Source of the DNA: an uncultured Synergistaceae bacterium
GTDB taxonomy: Bacteria; Synergistota; Synergistia; Synergistales; 79-D21
Assembly: GCA_964521575.1 (NCBI GenBank)
Contig: CAZFSR010000006.1
Location: forward strand, 74,895 to 138,894
Reading direction: 5' to 3'
DNA: 64,000 nucleotides
Part shown: in pieces, positions 1 through 9,212 of the stretch
Numbering within the stretch: the first letter of the stretch is position 1
Layout of the letters: every line of letters begins with the position of its first letter
Position numbers and translations under genes: made by a program
Notes under the pieces: model-generated
Told to the model about the DNA's origin: nothing
What the model saw: the letters and a program-made list of their open reading frames with translations, nothing else
Databases searched by the model: none

Positions 1-75
1 CTTCCCTCTCTCCAAGATCTTGAAGATAACCTTGAGAAGGAGAGTGACGCCTCTTTGCAGGAGGAAAACCGATGA
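1..75 (+). CDS. 3' end of an upstream CDS (partial; acidic tail ...LQDLEDNLEKESDASLQEENR*). Identity cannot be determined.
   Basis: Frame 1 is open from base 1 to TGA 73-75, which overlaps the rluB ATG (ATGA). It is absent from the ORF track because its 5' end lies outside the window. Confidence 0.35.
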   Translation, partial: LPSLQDLEDNLEKESDASLQEENR

Positions 76-818
76 TTCCCTATGCCGACAAAGAGGGAAA
101 AGGGATTCGCCTCAACAAGTTCCTTTCGGACTGTGGCCTTGGCGCAAGGCGCAAGGTTGAAGAATTGATCGCCTCGGGAAAGGTGACGCTGGCGGGCCGG
201 ACCGTTACAGAACCCGGCGAAAGGGTTTTGCCGGGTCAGGAGGTCGCGGTTGACGGAAAAATCCTGTTTCCTTTGAGAAAACGCTATTTCTTGCTCTACA
301 AGCCGCGAGGTTTTGTCTGTGCGGTGTCGGATAAAAGGGATAGGACAGTGTTTGACCTGATCGGGCCGCAATACGGCCAAATGGGGCTTTTCACTGTCGG
401 AAGGCTCGACAAGGATAGCGAAGGGCTTCTCATCCTCACTAACGATGGGGAGTTCGCACAGAGGCTTATTCATCCTTCCGGAGGCGTCGCGAAAAGGTAC
501 GAGATCCGCCTAGACCGTCCTGTTTCGTCCCAGGAGCTGAATGCCTGGACGAACGGAGCCCTAGTAGAGGGGAAATGGGTCAAGCCCGTTTGCGTTGAAA
601 TGAGCCCTAACCGCGGTCGCAACTGGATCCGGGTGACGCTTCGGGAGGGAAGGAAAAGAGAATTGCGGGTAATGGCGGAAGCGAACGGATTCAGGGTGAT
701 CCGCCTTGTCAGAACGGCCATTGGCCGTCTGGAGATCGGGGACTTGCGCACGGGAGAGATTAGGGAGATTGACCTGCCTGAAATCCTGAGACTCACGGGG
801 ATCGGAGGAAACGATTGA
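72..818 (+). CDS. rluB: Pseudouridine synthase, RsuA/RluB family (S4 domain plus catalytic domain)
   Basis: N-terminal S4-like IRLNKFLSDCGLGARRKVEELIASGKVTLAGR; catalytic motif GRLDKDSEGLLILTNDGEFAQRL. Confidence 0.9.
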   Translation: MIPYADKEGKGIRLNKFLSDCGLGARRKVEELIASGKVTLAGRTVTEPGERVLPGQEVAVDGKILFPLRKRYFLLYKPRGFVCAVSDKRDRTVFDLIGPQYGQMGLFTVGRLDKDSEGLLILTNDGEFAQRLIHPSGGVAKRYEIRLDRPVSSQELNAWTNGALVEGKWVKPVCVEMSPNRGRNWIRVTLREGRKRELRVMAEANGFRVIRLVRTAIGRLEIGDLRTGEIREIDLPEILRLTGIGGND

Positions 819-1525
819 CTAGCCGAACAGGAAACGGTTTGCTTATCGTCACGATTGACGGTCCTGCCGGGTCCGGAAAGAGCACCGTGGCGAAAGCCGC
901 TGCGGCCCGAACCGGTTTGAAGTACCTCGACACCGGAAAGCTTTACCGCGCGATAGCCCTTTACCTTTCCACCATGGAAATCCCGCCGATCGAGACGGCA
1001 TCTCTTAGGGCCACTCTTAACCGGCTTTCCCTAAGGCTCGACGGGGATCGTGTTTTGCTTGGCAAGGACGATGTGACGGAGGTTCTTCACACGGCGGAGG
1101 TCGACAGGATCGTTTCCCTCTACGCTGCGCTTCCCGCAGTAAGGGAAGCCCTCTTGGCCATTCAGCGCTCACAGGCGCAGCCTCCGGGACTTGTTGCGGA
1201 CGGACGGGATATGGGAAGCGTGGTTTTCCCGGAAGCAAACCTCAAGATCTTTCTTACGGCAGACGCGACAGAAAGAGCCCGAAGGAGATTCCTGGAACAG
1301 TCTTCCAGGGGAGAACCCGTCGAATTCGGGCAAGTCCTCTCGACAGTTCTGTCCCGCGACAAGACGGACTCCACGCGTGAAATCGCCCCTCTTGTCGTCC
1401 CGGAAAAAGCCGTCGTGGTCGATACGACCTCGAAAACGGCAGCCGAGGTCGTCAGCGAAGTGGTCTGCCTGATCGAAAAAATGAAGGAAATGGGCGAATC
1501 AAGGGAGGATTTCGATGCTCTCTAG
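815..1525 (+). CDS. cmk: Cytidylate kinase
   Basis: P-loop IVTIDGPAGSGKSTVAK; DTGKLYRA motif; TTG start overlaps the rluB stop (TTGA). Confidence 0.9.
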   Translation: MTSRTGNGLLIVTIDGPAGSGKSTVAKAAAARTGLKYLDTGKLYRAIALYLSTMEIPPIETASLRATLNRLSLRLDGDRVLLGKDDVTEVLHTAEVDRIVSLYAALPAVREALLAIQRSQAQPPGLVADGRDMGSVVFPEANLKIFLTADATERARRRFLEQSSRGEPVEFGQVLSTVLSRDKTDSTREIAPLVVPEKAVVVDTTSKTAAEVVSEVVCLIEKMKEMGESREDFDAL

Positions 1526-2159
1526 ACTGTTTTACTGGCTCGTTAAGAATGCCTATTTTGTTTTTTTCAAGGCTTTTAACCGTTTGGCGGTCCTGAACAG
1601 GGACAGGGTGCCGACTCGGCGCCCGCTTATCCTTGCCTCCAACCATTGCAGCAACCTGGATCCTCCCGTTGTCGGGAGCGTTTTCCCTGACCGGATGCGC
1701 TATATCGCGAAAGCCTCGCTTTTCAGCCCCGCATTGTTCGGTTTTGCCCTTCGAACCCTGGGGGCGGTCCCGGTTTCGCGTGAAGACGAGGCAAAAGCAG
1801 CCATGGTGCTGAAAATGTTTTTGAGGTTCCTCGAAGGAGGGGAAAACATCCTGATTTTCCCGGAAGGGAAAAGGTCGGATGACGGAAACCTCCAGTCACT
1901 GGAGGGAGGGGTGGCACTTCTTGGCCTGAAGTCAAAATGCCTGATCTTGCCTGTACATGTTGCCGGGACTTTTTCCGCATTACCGAGTGGGAGAACGTTT
2001 CCCCGACCTGTTAAAATAGTGATGAATTACGGTTTTCCCATTGATCCAGCTGAGCTTCCGCCAGGGATCCCGGAGAAGGAAGCTCGGTCCGTCATTCTCG
2101 AAAGGCTTGCCCGTGAATACAGAAGGCTCGAAGCCGAGACGCTCGCCCAACTTGACTGA
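1515..2159 (+). CDS. plsC: 1-acyl-sn-glycerol-3-phosphate acyltransferase
   Basis: HX4D motif NHCSNLD; FPEGKRS motif; 214 aa. Confidence 0.85.
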   Translation: MLSRLFYWLVKNAYFVFFKAFNRLAVLNRDRVPTRRPLILASNHCSNLDPPVVGSVFPDRMRYIAKASLFSPALFGFALRTLGAVPVSREDEAKAAMVLKMFLRFLEGGENILIFPEGKRSDDGNLQSLEGGVALLGLKSKCLILPVHVAGTFSALPSGRTFPRPVKIVMNYGFPIDPAELPPGIPEKEARSVILERLAREYRRLEAETLAQLD

Positions 2160-3279
2160 CGGCTACCGCAGCAGGGCTATTCTTGTATCGCTCGACAAGG
2201 ACGAAAAAGATGTCCCTGTTGAAGATTTAATGGATGAGCTCGCAATGTTGCTTGAAAACCTTGGTTTGCCTGTTCTCCGGAGAATCGTTCAGAATAGGGA
2301 ATCCGAGGACCCTGCCACTTTCGTGGGGAAGGGGAAAGCCGAGGAGCTTAAACGGATTGCGAATGAGGCTCAAGCCGGCCTGATTGTTTTCGATGGGTCG
2401 TTGACCCCAATCCAGGTAAAGAACCTGAAGGAAAGGACAGGATGCGGGATCTGGGATCGCCCCTGGGTGATCATGGAAGTTTTCCGCAGACGAGCCCGCT
2501 CCAGCGAAGCAAAACTCCAGGTTGAGCTTGCCAGGTGCCGATACGAAATTCCGCACCTGAAAGGTCTCGGGTTGCAAATGTCACGCACGGGGGCCGGAAT
2601 TGCGACAAGGGGCCCCGGAGAAACAGAATTTGAAAGGCACCGTAGAAAAGTTGAGAGACGCATACGGGACATCGAGGAAAAGCTTGAAGGGATCCGGGGA
2701 AGAAGGGAAAACCAGAGAAAGCGAAGGACGCGTTCGGGGTTGGCGAGCTTTTCCCTGGTTGGTTATACGAACGCTGGGAAATCGACTCTCTTCAAGGCTC
2801 TTTCCGGTGACTCCCTGGTTGTTGCAAAGGATCAGCTATTTACGACCCTCGATACGACTGTCCGTTCCTTCAAGCTTCCGAACTTCGGAACGGCCTTGCT
2901 CACGGACACGGTTGGCTTTTTGAGAAACCTGCCTCCTAACTTGATCGCGGCTTTCCGAGCGACCTTGGAAGAGGTTTGTGAGGCTGATGCGCTGATTTGG
3001 GTTGTCGATGCGACGACGGCTGAAAACGAAACGATGCTCCTTTCCGTCGAGAACACCCTTCGTGAGCTGGGCGCCTGGGATATCCCGAGAATCATCGCAT
3101 TGAACAAGACGGACCTGGTCACGACAGCATCGGTGCGGCAATTCACCAGCAAGTACGGCGCGCTGGGGGAAAGGGTCGTTCCGATATGTGCCAGGGAAAA
3201 GCAAGGGATTCACGATTTGCTTCAGGAACTCGAAAGACTTCTCCTCGAAACGAAACTTTTGAAAGAAGGAGAGAGGTGA
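2152..3279 (+). CDS. hflX: GTPase HflX
   Basis: HflX N-domain (RAILVSL...[16 protein letters not shown]) and G-domain [20 protein letters not shown]. The ORF-track start 2041 lies inside plsC. In-frame TTG 2152 overlaps the plsC stop by 8 nt. Confidence 0.85.
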   Translation: MTDGYRSRAILVSLDKDEKDVPVEDLMDELAMLLENLGLPVLRRIVQNRESEDPATFVGKGKAEELKRIANEAQAGLIVFDGSLTPIQVKNLKERTGCGIWDRPWVIMEVFRRRARSSEAKLQVELARCRYEIPHLKGLGLQMSRTGAGIATRGPGETEFERHRRKVERRIRDIEEKLEGIRGRRENQRKRRTRSGLASFSLVGYTNAGKSTLFKALSGDSLVVAKDQLFTTLDTTVRSFKLPNFGTALLTDTVGFLRNLPPNLIAAFRATLEEVCEADALIWVVDATTAENETMLLSVENTLRELGAWDIPRIIALNKTDLVTTASVRQFTSKYGALGERVVPICAREKQGIHDLLQELERLLLETKLLKEGER

Positions 3280-3284
3280 TTCCC

Positions 3285-3581
3285 GTGGCTTACCACCTCG
3301 TCCATATCGGATTTGGCAACATGGTTGTCGCAGAAAGGATCGTAGCGATCATCAATCCTTCATCAGCCCCGATCAAGAGGCTGAAGGAAGAGTCCCGGGA
3401 GAGCGGGCTCCTGATCGACGCAACCCAAGGCCGAAAGACGAGGGCCATTCTGGTGATGGATAGCCGGCATGTTATCCTTTCCGCGATCCAACCGGAAACG
3501 ATTTCTTCGAGATTCGAGCCGCAGTCCGATTTGGAGGAAAGGGATGAAAAGGGGCCGACTCTTTATCCTGTCAGGGCCTAG
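3285..3581 (+). CDS. remA: RemA/DUF370 family DNA-binding regulator
   Basis: [68 protein letters not shown] closely matches the RemA (YlzA) family. GTG 3285 lies about 13 nt after GGAG; GTG 3276 is an alternative start. Confidence 0.85.
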   Translation: MAYHLVHIGFGNMVVAERIVAIINPSSAPIKRLKEESRESGLLIDATQGRKTRAILVMDSRHVILSAIQPETISSRFEPQSDLEERDEKGPTLYPVRA

Positions 3582-4128
3582 CGGGGTAGGCAAAGGAACC
3601 GTACGGGCCAGGCTTTTCGAGAAGATACCAGGCCTTGTCTACTCGATTTCCTGTACGACGCGCAGTCCCAGGGAAGGGGAGATAGACGGGGTCCATTATC
3701 GTTTTATCGATGATGCAGCCTTTGATTCTTTCGTTCGGGAAGGACGTTTCCTCGAGTGGGCCCGCGTGCACGAAAACCGGTACGGGACACTTCGTGCAGA
3801 TGTTGAAAACCAGCTGTCCGAGGGCCGTTCGGTCGTGTTGGAAATAGACGTTCAGGGAGCACTTCAGGTAAAGCGGAAAATGCCGGAATCGGTGATGATT
3901 TTCATTATGCCCCCAAGTATGCGGGAACTTGAGGAACGCCTCTCCGGCAGAGGAACGGAAGAAACAGAAATGCTCAGAATACGGCTAAGGAACGCGGAGT
4001 CCGAGCTCGCCCTTTCGGGACAATATGATTACGCCGTGGTCAACGACCAGGTTGAACGGGCAGCCAACGAACTTGCTGAGATTTTTATGAACGAAATGAG
4101 CCGAACAAAGGAGAGTGAACAGCGATGA
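3544..4128 (+). CDS. gmk: Guanylate kinase
   Basis: [20 protein letters not shown]-loop N-terminus. The ORF-track start 3469 was trimmed to ATG 3544. Overlaps the remA 3' end by 38 nt. Confidence 0.9.
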   Translation: MKRGRLFILSGPSGVGKGTVRARLFEKIPGLVYSISCTTRSPREGEIDGVHYRFIDDAAFDSFVREGRFLEWARVHENRYGTLRADVENQLSEGRSVVLEIDVQGALQVKRKMPESVMIFIMPPSMRELEERLSGRGTEETEMLRIRLRNAESELALSGQYDYAVVNDQVERAANELAEIFMNEMSRTKESEQR

Positions 4129-4361
4129 TTTTTTACGATATCGAGAAAATCATCCGTGAACGCGGTATCGACAACAAATACCGGTTGACCGGAGCTGTAG
4201 CGGACCGGGCCAGGCAACTCAGCGAACAAAAAGGCCGCCGACTGACGGATGATGCCGCGAAGGAGAAGTATATATCCCTGGCTCTGGAGGAAATCGCCAG
4301 CGGGAAAGTGGTCTTCCTGAAAACCGGGACACCAAGGGAAAACCACCAGGAAAAGGATTGA
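4125..4361 (+). CDS. rpoZ: DNA-directed RNA polymerase subunit omega
   Basis: 78 aa; NKYRLTGAVADRARQL motif; conserved gmk-rpoZ synteny; ATGA overlap with gmk. Confidence 0.85.
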   Translation: MIFYDIEKIIRERGIDNKYRLTGAVADRARQLSEQKGRRLTDDAAKEKYISLALEEIASGKVVFLKTGTPRENHQEKD

Positions 4362-4362
4362 C

Positions 4363-5589
4363 ATGGAATGGAAGAGAAACCGCCGCATTCTTTTGGGAAT
4401 CAGCGGAGGGATTGCAGCCTACAAGATTCCTGAACTCGTGCGGTGCTTCAGGGGTTTAGGCAACCAGGTGGAAATCATCCTTACCGAAGCGGCCTCGACG
4501 CTCGTCAGTCCGCTTGTGCTGTCGACCCTTGCCGGCCGCCGTGTTTGGCTCCAAAATGATTTCCTTGGTTTTGAGCATGGCTGGGAAATTCCCCACATTT
4601 CCCTTTCAGACTGGGCGGAAATCGTCCTTGTTGCTCCCTGCACGGCGAATATGCTCCGCAGGGCTGCAAACGGCGAAGCAGAAACCCTCCTCGGCGCGGC
4701 GTTGCTGGCAACCCGAGCCCCGGTTCTCCTCTGTCCTGCCATGAACGCCAACATGTGGGAACATCCCGCGACGGTCCGGCACAAAGAAGCCTGTTCCCGA
4801 AACGGTTACCATATCCTGGAACCGGACACCGGGTACCTGGCCTGCGGAACCCAGGGCAAAGGACGCCTCCCCTCGATCGAGTCCATCGTGGAAGAAACGT
4901 GGCGCCTGCTCTGCCCTGTACGTGACCTCGCCGGCAGGAAGGTTCTCGTGACTGCCGGACCGACCTGGGAGTTCATGGATCCCGTCCGTTTCATTTCCAA
5001 CCCGAGTTCAGGAAAGATGGGCTACGCAATGGCCCGGACCGCCTGGTACAGGGGAGCGGAAGTGACCTTGGTTTCCGGTCCTGTTTCCATCGAACCTCCT
5101 CACGGAGTCAATCTTGTGAAGGTACAAAATGCTGCGGAGATGTTGGAGGCGGTATTGGAAAGAGCCCAAACCGCCGATGTCATCGTAAAGGCAGCTGCAG
5201 TGGGAGATTATCGACCGAAAACGCGTTTCGACGAAAAAATTAAGCGAAGCGGTGGAAAAGAAATGGAAGTCGTGTTCGAACAGAATCCGGACATCGCAGC
5301 CATTGTGGGATCCATCAAGCAGCCGGGACAAGTGCTGATCGGTTTTGCGGCCGAATCCCACGAAATCGAAAAGAACGCCGTGGCGAAAATTGCCGCGAAA
5401 AAACTGGATATCATCGTCGCGAACCGCATTACGGGACCGGATGGGGCTTTTGGCTCCGAAAGCAACGACATCAAGATCATCGACGCAAAAGGGAGAAGGC
5501 GGACATTCACTGGTCCAAAAGAGGAAGCTGCATGGGCCGTTTGGGATTTCGCACTGGGAGCGGACACGGAAAGTGCCTCACGAAATTGA
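4363..5589 (+). CDS. coaBC: Bifunctional phosphopantothenoylcysteine decarboxylase / phosphopantothenate-cysteine ligase
   Basis: Flavoprotein domain ILLGISGGIAAYK...PAMNANMW; CoaB domain VLVTAGPTWEFMDPVRFISNPSSGKMG. Confidence 0.9.
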   Translation: MEWKRNRRILLGISGGIAAYKIPELVRCFRGLGNQVEIILTEAASTLVSPLVLSTLAGRRVWLQNDFLGFEHGWEIPHISLSDWAEIVLVAPCTANMLRRAANGEAETLLGAALLATRAPVLLCPAMNANMWEHPATVRHKEACSRNGYHILEPDTGYLACGTQGKGRLPSIESIVEETWRLLCPVRDLAGRKVLVTAGPTWEFMDPVRFISNPSSGKMGYAMARTAWYRGAEVTLVSGPVSIEPPHGVNLVKVQNAAEMLEAVLERAQTADVIVKAAAVGDYRPKTRFDEKIKRSGGKEMEVVFEQNPDIAAIVGSIKQPGQVLIGFAAESHEIEKNAVAKIAAKKLDIIVANRITGPDGAFGSESNDIKIIDAKGRRRTFTGPKEEAAWAVWDFALGADTESASRN

Positions 5590-7390
5590 CGTGGTTCTTC
5601 CGGCCCCTTGGTGGACTGCCCTCACTTATGAATGCGACCGATTGGTGCAGGAGGGGATTCGTGTTTCCGTTCCTCTCGGCCGAACCCGGAGGACAGGTTT
5701 TTCCTGTGGAGCTTCAAAGCTCGAAAGCGACCTACCGACTCACTCACGTCTGCGGGAGGTCATTTCTGTTATCGACGTCGTGCCACCCTTGCCCGCTGAT
5801 TTATGGAAACTCGTCCAATGGCTTGGCGGAAACCTTCTTTTTGGTGTGGGGCACGTCCTGAAAACCGCCTGTCCTTCGCCCCTTTTGAAAGGCTGCCGGG
5901 TCGATCTTGCCGATGCCGCCCCGATACAACGGAGGGGCGGTTCGCGTTCTTTCTGTTATTTCCCCCGCGAAAAAACCCGGTTCGACACCTATCTCGACGC
6001 AATCGAAAAGATGGAGGGAGGAGGTCTAGTCCTCTTCCCGGAAAGAGGTTCCCTTATCGATTTTTTCGCCCGCCTTCCGGATCGCATGAAAACCCTCTCC
6101 TGCCTCTGGCCTTTGGGGGGAGGGGAAAAATTGTGGCATGATTGGCTGTCGGTACGCCGAGGCGAGAAACGGCTGGTCTTGGGAACTTCAGGGGCGGTTT
6201 TCTCCCCGGTGCAGGATCTCTCGCTCGTCATTGTCGAGGAGGAAGCGGATCCAGGGCACCAAATGCCTTCCTTTCCGAGAATAAGCGCGAGAACGGTCGC
6301 CGGCCACAGAGCTTCAATCTCAGGAGCTGCGATGGTCCTTGGCGGCACCTCTCCTTCGTCCCGCGTCTTCATGACTTCAAACGCCCCTTGTCCAGAAACC
6401 CCGCGAGCTCGAATTTTTTTCGTAAGGCCGCCTCTTCCGAAGGAGCCTTCGAAAGGTTTACTGCTCAAAGAGAAAGAGATCCAGGTTTCCAGGAAGCTCG
6501 TCGAAGAAACGGACAGAAGCCTGAGGGAAGGACGACATGCCCTCTGGCTACTTGACCGGAAGGGTTACGCTGGAGAACTCCGCTGCACGGAATGCGGACG
6601 AAACGTCGCCTGCAAGAGATGCGGAGGAAGGCCGCGTTGGCACCTCGACTCTGGAACCGGGGATTGCCTAGCTTGCGGGGCAATCACTCAGTGGCCGGAA
6701 GTTTGTCCTTCATGCCGAAGCCGCCTGCTGGAAATCCGGAATCCCGGCCTGGAATCGATTTACCAGCGGGCACAGGATCTTTTCGGCGAGAAATCGACGG
6801 TTAGCCTATTGGACGAATTCGCCAATCTAGGCAAAAGAGCCCGGAAGTCGATCTTGAAAGGGGCAGGGGATTCTCTTTCTCTATTCATCGGAACCCGGGC
6901 AATCCTGTCGCTTTGCCGGATGCTGGACATCGGCCTGGTGGGGTGGCTGGACGCCGACACCGAAACCTGGAAACCCGAATACGATGCAAAGGCCGATGGT
7001 TTCAGGATCGTCTGGGCCTCTTGCTGGATGGGGAAAGACCCGGACTCGCGCAAAGTTGTCATTCAAAGCCGGAAGCCGAAAACAGGATGGCAAGTGGCCT
7101 TGGAGGCCGGGTTCGCTTATTTTTGGGCTAGGGAACTCCAGGAAAGAAAGAACCTGGAGCTTCCACCAACCTGTTTCTTGCTTGAAATATCCCAAAAGGG
7201 AAGAATATTGCAGGAAATTAGAAACGCCTTGGAAAATGAAGGTTTTGAGGTGTTTTCCGGTTCGCCTGGAACCGAATCTCTCCAGGTAAAAGTTAACGGT
7301 TTCGAGAGGATCCGCCGTGTGCTGGCGCCCTTCTTTGCCGTAAAATTCAACCGGCAGGATTATCCGAGGCTCAGCCTGGATTTCGAGTAA
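5573..7390 (+). CDS. priA: PriA-like primosomal protein N' homolog that lacks the helicase ATPase motifs
   Basis: PriA N-terminal 3'-DNA-binding-like region (IDVVLPAPWWTALTYECD...GIRVSVPLGRTRRTGF). Four-CxxC zinc-finger insert CTECGRNVACKRCGG...CLACG...CPSCRS. Collinear with PriA throughout, but there is no GSGKT, DEEH is replaced by EEEA, and there is no QVAGRAGR. GTG 5573 lies 12 nt after GGAG. Sits at the coaBC-priA syntenic position. Confidence 0.7.
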   Translation: MPHEIDVVLPAPWWTALTYECDRLVQEGIRVSVPLGRTRRTGFSCGASKLESDLPTHSRLREVISVIDVVPPLPADLWKLVQWLGGNLLFGVGHVLKTACPSPLLKGCRVDLADAAPIQRRGGSRSFCYFPREKTRFDTYLDAIEKMEGGGLVLFPERGSLIDFFARLPDRMKTLSCLWPLGGGEKLWHDWLSVRRGEKRLVLGTSGAVFSPVQDLSLVIVEEEADPGHQMPSFPRISARTVAGHRASISGAAMVLGGTSPSSRVFMTSNAPCPETPRARIFFVRPPLPKEPSKGLLLKEKEIQVSRKLVEETDRSLREGRHALWLLDRKGYAGELRCTECGRNVACKRCGGRPRWHLDSGTGDCLACGAITQWPEVCPSCRSRLLEIRNPGLESIYQRAQDLFGEKSTVSLLDEFANLGKRARKSILKGAGDSLSLFIGTRAILSLCRMLDIGLVGWLDADTETWKPEYDAKADGFRIVWASCWMGKDPDSRKVVIQSRKPKTGWQVALEAGFAYFWARELQERKNLELPPTCFLLEISQKGRILQEIRNALENEGFEVFSGSPGTESLQVKVNGFERIRRVLAPFFAVKFNRQDYPRLSLDFE

Positions 7391-7406
7391 ATGGGAGTGG
7401 GTATCA

Positions 7407-8726
7407 ATGGCTATCGTGACAATCGTCGGCCGACCGAACGTCGGAAAAAGTTCTCTTTTCAACCGCCTGACCGGAACTCGCAAGGCCATCGTCGACAACA
7501 TGCCGGGTGTCACGCGAGACCGGCTTTACGCGGAGGTGGAAGAGGGGGATCTACGCTTTTACCTCGTCGATACGGGCGGATTGTTGCCGGACAGCGGTCA
7601 CCCCATCGATGAGCTCGTCATGCGCCAAGTGAAGGTCGCCATCGAGGAAAGCGATGTGATTCTCTTTGTCCTTGACGGCAGGGAAGGCCCCATAGGTGTC
7701 GACAGGGATATCGCAATGCTGCTGAGAAAATGCGGCAAGCCCGTCATCGTTGCGGCGAACAAGATGGACGACCCTATTCATGAGAACGAGCTTTGGGCTT
7801 CATTGGGACTAGGCTTTGAAAGGGTTGTGGGGATCAGCGCGGAACACCGCCGCAACATCGAGGTGTTGCTGGAACACATTCAGGACCTGCTCCCGGTCGA
7901 AGAATTCGATAAGGAGAATGAAACACTGAGCGTGGCCCTGATTGGGCGCCCAAACGTCGGAAAATCGAGCATCCTGAATTTCCTCGCTGGAGAAGACAGG
8001 GCCCTTGTCAGCGATATCCCCGGAACCACACGGGATGCAGTGGACTCGCTTGTCACCCTGGACGGAAAACTCTTGCGCCTTGTGGATACCGCCGGCTTGA
8101 GGAAAAAATCTCATGTCGATTCCGCCTTGGAATATTATTCCACCGTTCGGACCTACCAGGCGATCGATAGGGCTGACGTTTGCGTCCTCGTGATGGACGC
8201 GCTCGAGATTGCGACGGAACAGGATCAGCGCGTCGCCGGCCAGGTATTAGAAAGAGGCAAGGGCTTGGTCCTCCTTGTGAACAAGTGGGACCTGCTCCCT
8301 AAAAACCCGAAGTTGGGGGACGAGATCCGTAACCGGATAAGAGAAGAGTTTGCGTTCGTTCCCCACGCTCCGATGCTTTTCGCCTCGGCCCTGTCAGGGC
8401 GGGGAATCGAAAAATTGCCCTCGATTCTCCTGAAAGTTGCGGAAAACCGAAACCGGAGAATTTCTACGGGAAAGCTGAATCGACTCCTGAAGGATCTGCT
8501 GGCCTTCGAAAAGATGCCAAGCAGCCGTACTGGAAAAGTTCTACGCATTTCCTATTGCACTCAGGTTTCGGTTGGTCCTCCGTCATTCGCTTTCTTCGTC
8601 AACGACCCGAAGATCATTAGCACTTCCTTCAAGCGACATGTCGAGAAAAAATTGCGGGAGTTGGAAGATTTTTCTGGTTCTCCATTAAGGATTTTTTGGC
8701 GGGCCCAGGAACGCAAAGGGCAATAA
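7407..8726 (+). CDS. der: Ribosome-associated GTPase Der (EngA), with a double G-domain
   Basis: Two GTPase domains (GRPNVGKSSLFN and GRPNVGKSSILN; DTGG/DTAG; NKMD/NKWD) plus a KH-like C-terminus. Confidence 0.92.
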   Translation: MAIVTIVGRPNVGKSSLFNRLTGTRKAIVDNMPGVTRDRLYAEVEEGDLRFYLVDTGGLLPDSGHPIDELVMRQVKVAIEESDVILFVLDGREGPIGVDRDIAMLLRKCGKPVIVAANKMDDPIHENELWASLGLGFERVVGISAEHRRNIEVLLEHIQDLLPVEEFDKENETLSVALIGRPNVGKSSILNFLAGEDRALVSDIPGTTRDAVDSLVTLDGKLLRLVDTAGLRKKSHVDSALEYYSTVRTYQAIDRADVCVLVMDALEIATEQDQRVAGQVLERGKGLVLLVNKWDLLPKNPKLGDEIRNRIREEFAFVPHAPMLFASALSGRGIEKLPSILLKVAENRNRRISTGKLNRLLKDLLAFEKMPSSRTGKVLRISYCTQVSVGPPSFAFFVNDPKIISTSFKRHVEKKLRELEDFSGSPLRIFWRAQERKGQ

Positions 8727-8761
8727 AAGCGGTCAACATCGAGTTTCTTTGTTTCTTCCCC

Positions 8762-8790
8762 TTGACCTTCTAGGATTAAGCTGGTAATAA
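8762..8790 (+). promoter_or_regulatory. Putative sigma-70-type promoter of hup
   Basis: TTGACC (8762-8767), 17-nt spacer, TAATAA(T) (8785-8790). A 5'-UTR hairpin TGAGGCG/CGCCTCA follows at about 8808-8830. Confidence 0.5.
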
Positions 8791-8857
8791 TAGCTTATAA
8801 AAGTACAGTGAGGCGTTCCGTTTCGCCTCATAAATCCGTGGAGGAGGTGCGTTAGGC

Positions 8858-9136
8858 ATGACCAAGACCGACCTCGTCAATGAGCTTGCCAAGTCGACAA
8901 ATATGAGCAAGAAGATGGCGGCTCATGCGGTCGACGCCCTGGTTGGCGCTATTCAGGGAGCGCTGGCAAAGGGAGAGAAGGTCCAGCTGGTGGGCTTCGG
9001 AACCTTCGAGGTGAGGGAGAGAGCTGCCCGCCAGGGGCGCAATCCCCAGAACCCGAAGAAGGTCATCAAGATTCCCGCCAAGAAGGTCCCCGTATTCCGC
9101 GCGGGCAAGGCCCTCAAGGATCAAGTGGCGAAGTAG
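8858..9136 (+). CDS. hup: Nucleoid-associated DNA-binding protein HU
   Basis: 92 aa; [43 protein letters not shown] is the canonical HU arm; strong GGAGGAGG RBS. Confidence 0.93.
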   Translation: MTKTDLVNELAKSTNMSKKMAAHAVDALVGAIQGALAKGEKVQLVGFGTFEVRERAARQGRNPQNPKKVIKIPAKKVPVFRAGKALKDQVAK

Positions 9137-9170
9137 GAATTCCTCCACAAGACGCGCATTCATCTTTTTT

Positions 9171-9212
9171 GAATGAAGGAAGGGCGGCCTATAGGCCGCC
9201 CTTCCTTCATTC
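9171..9212 (+). terminator. Intrinsic terminator after hup
   Basis: Perfect 19-bp stem GAATGAAGGAAGGGCGGCC / GGCCGCCCTTCCTTCATTC with a TATA loop, followed by GATTTT. The right arm overlaps the rsmA stop codon. Confidence 0.75.

Noticed and set aside
2041-2151. Upstream extensions of many ORF-track entries: hflX 2041, gmk 3469, priA 5345, fabH 17121, fabD 19220, pyrD 26909, pyrE 28547, SBP 29055, tmk 36915, DUF362 51341, tilS 54657, ftsH 56576, uvrB 58585 and uvrA 60509
   Set aside because: The extensions overlap the preceding gene in another frame, or run through terminator hairpins (tilS, uvrB), and lack homology to the family N-termini. Internal starts with SD motifs and conserved N-termini were chosen instead.
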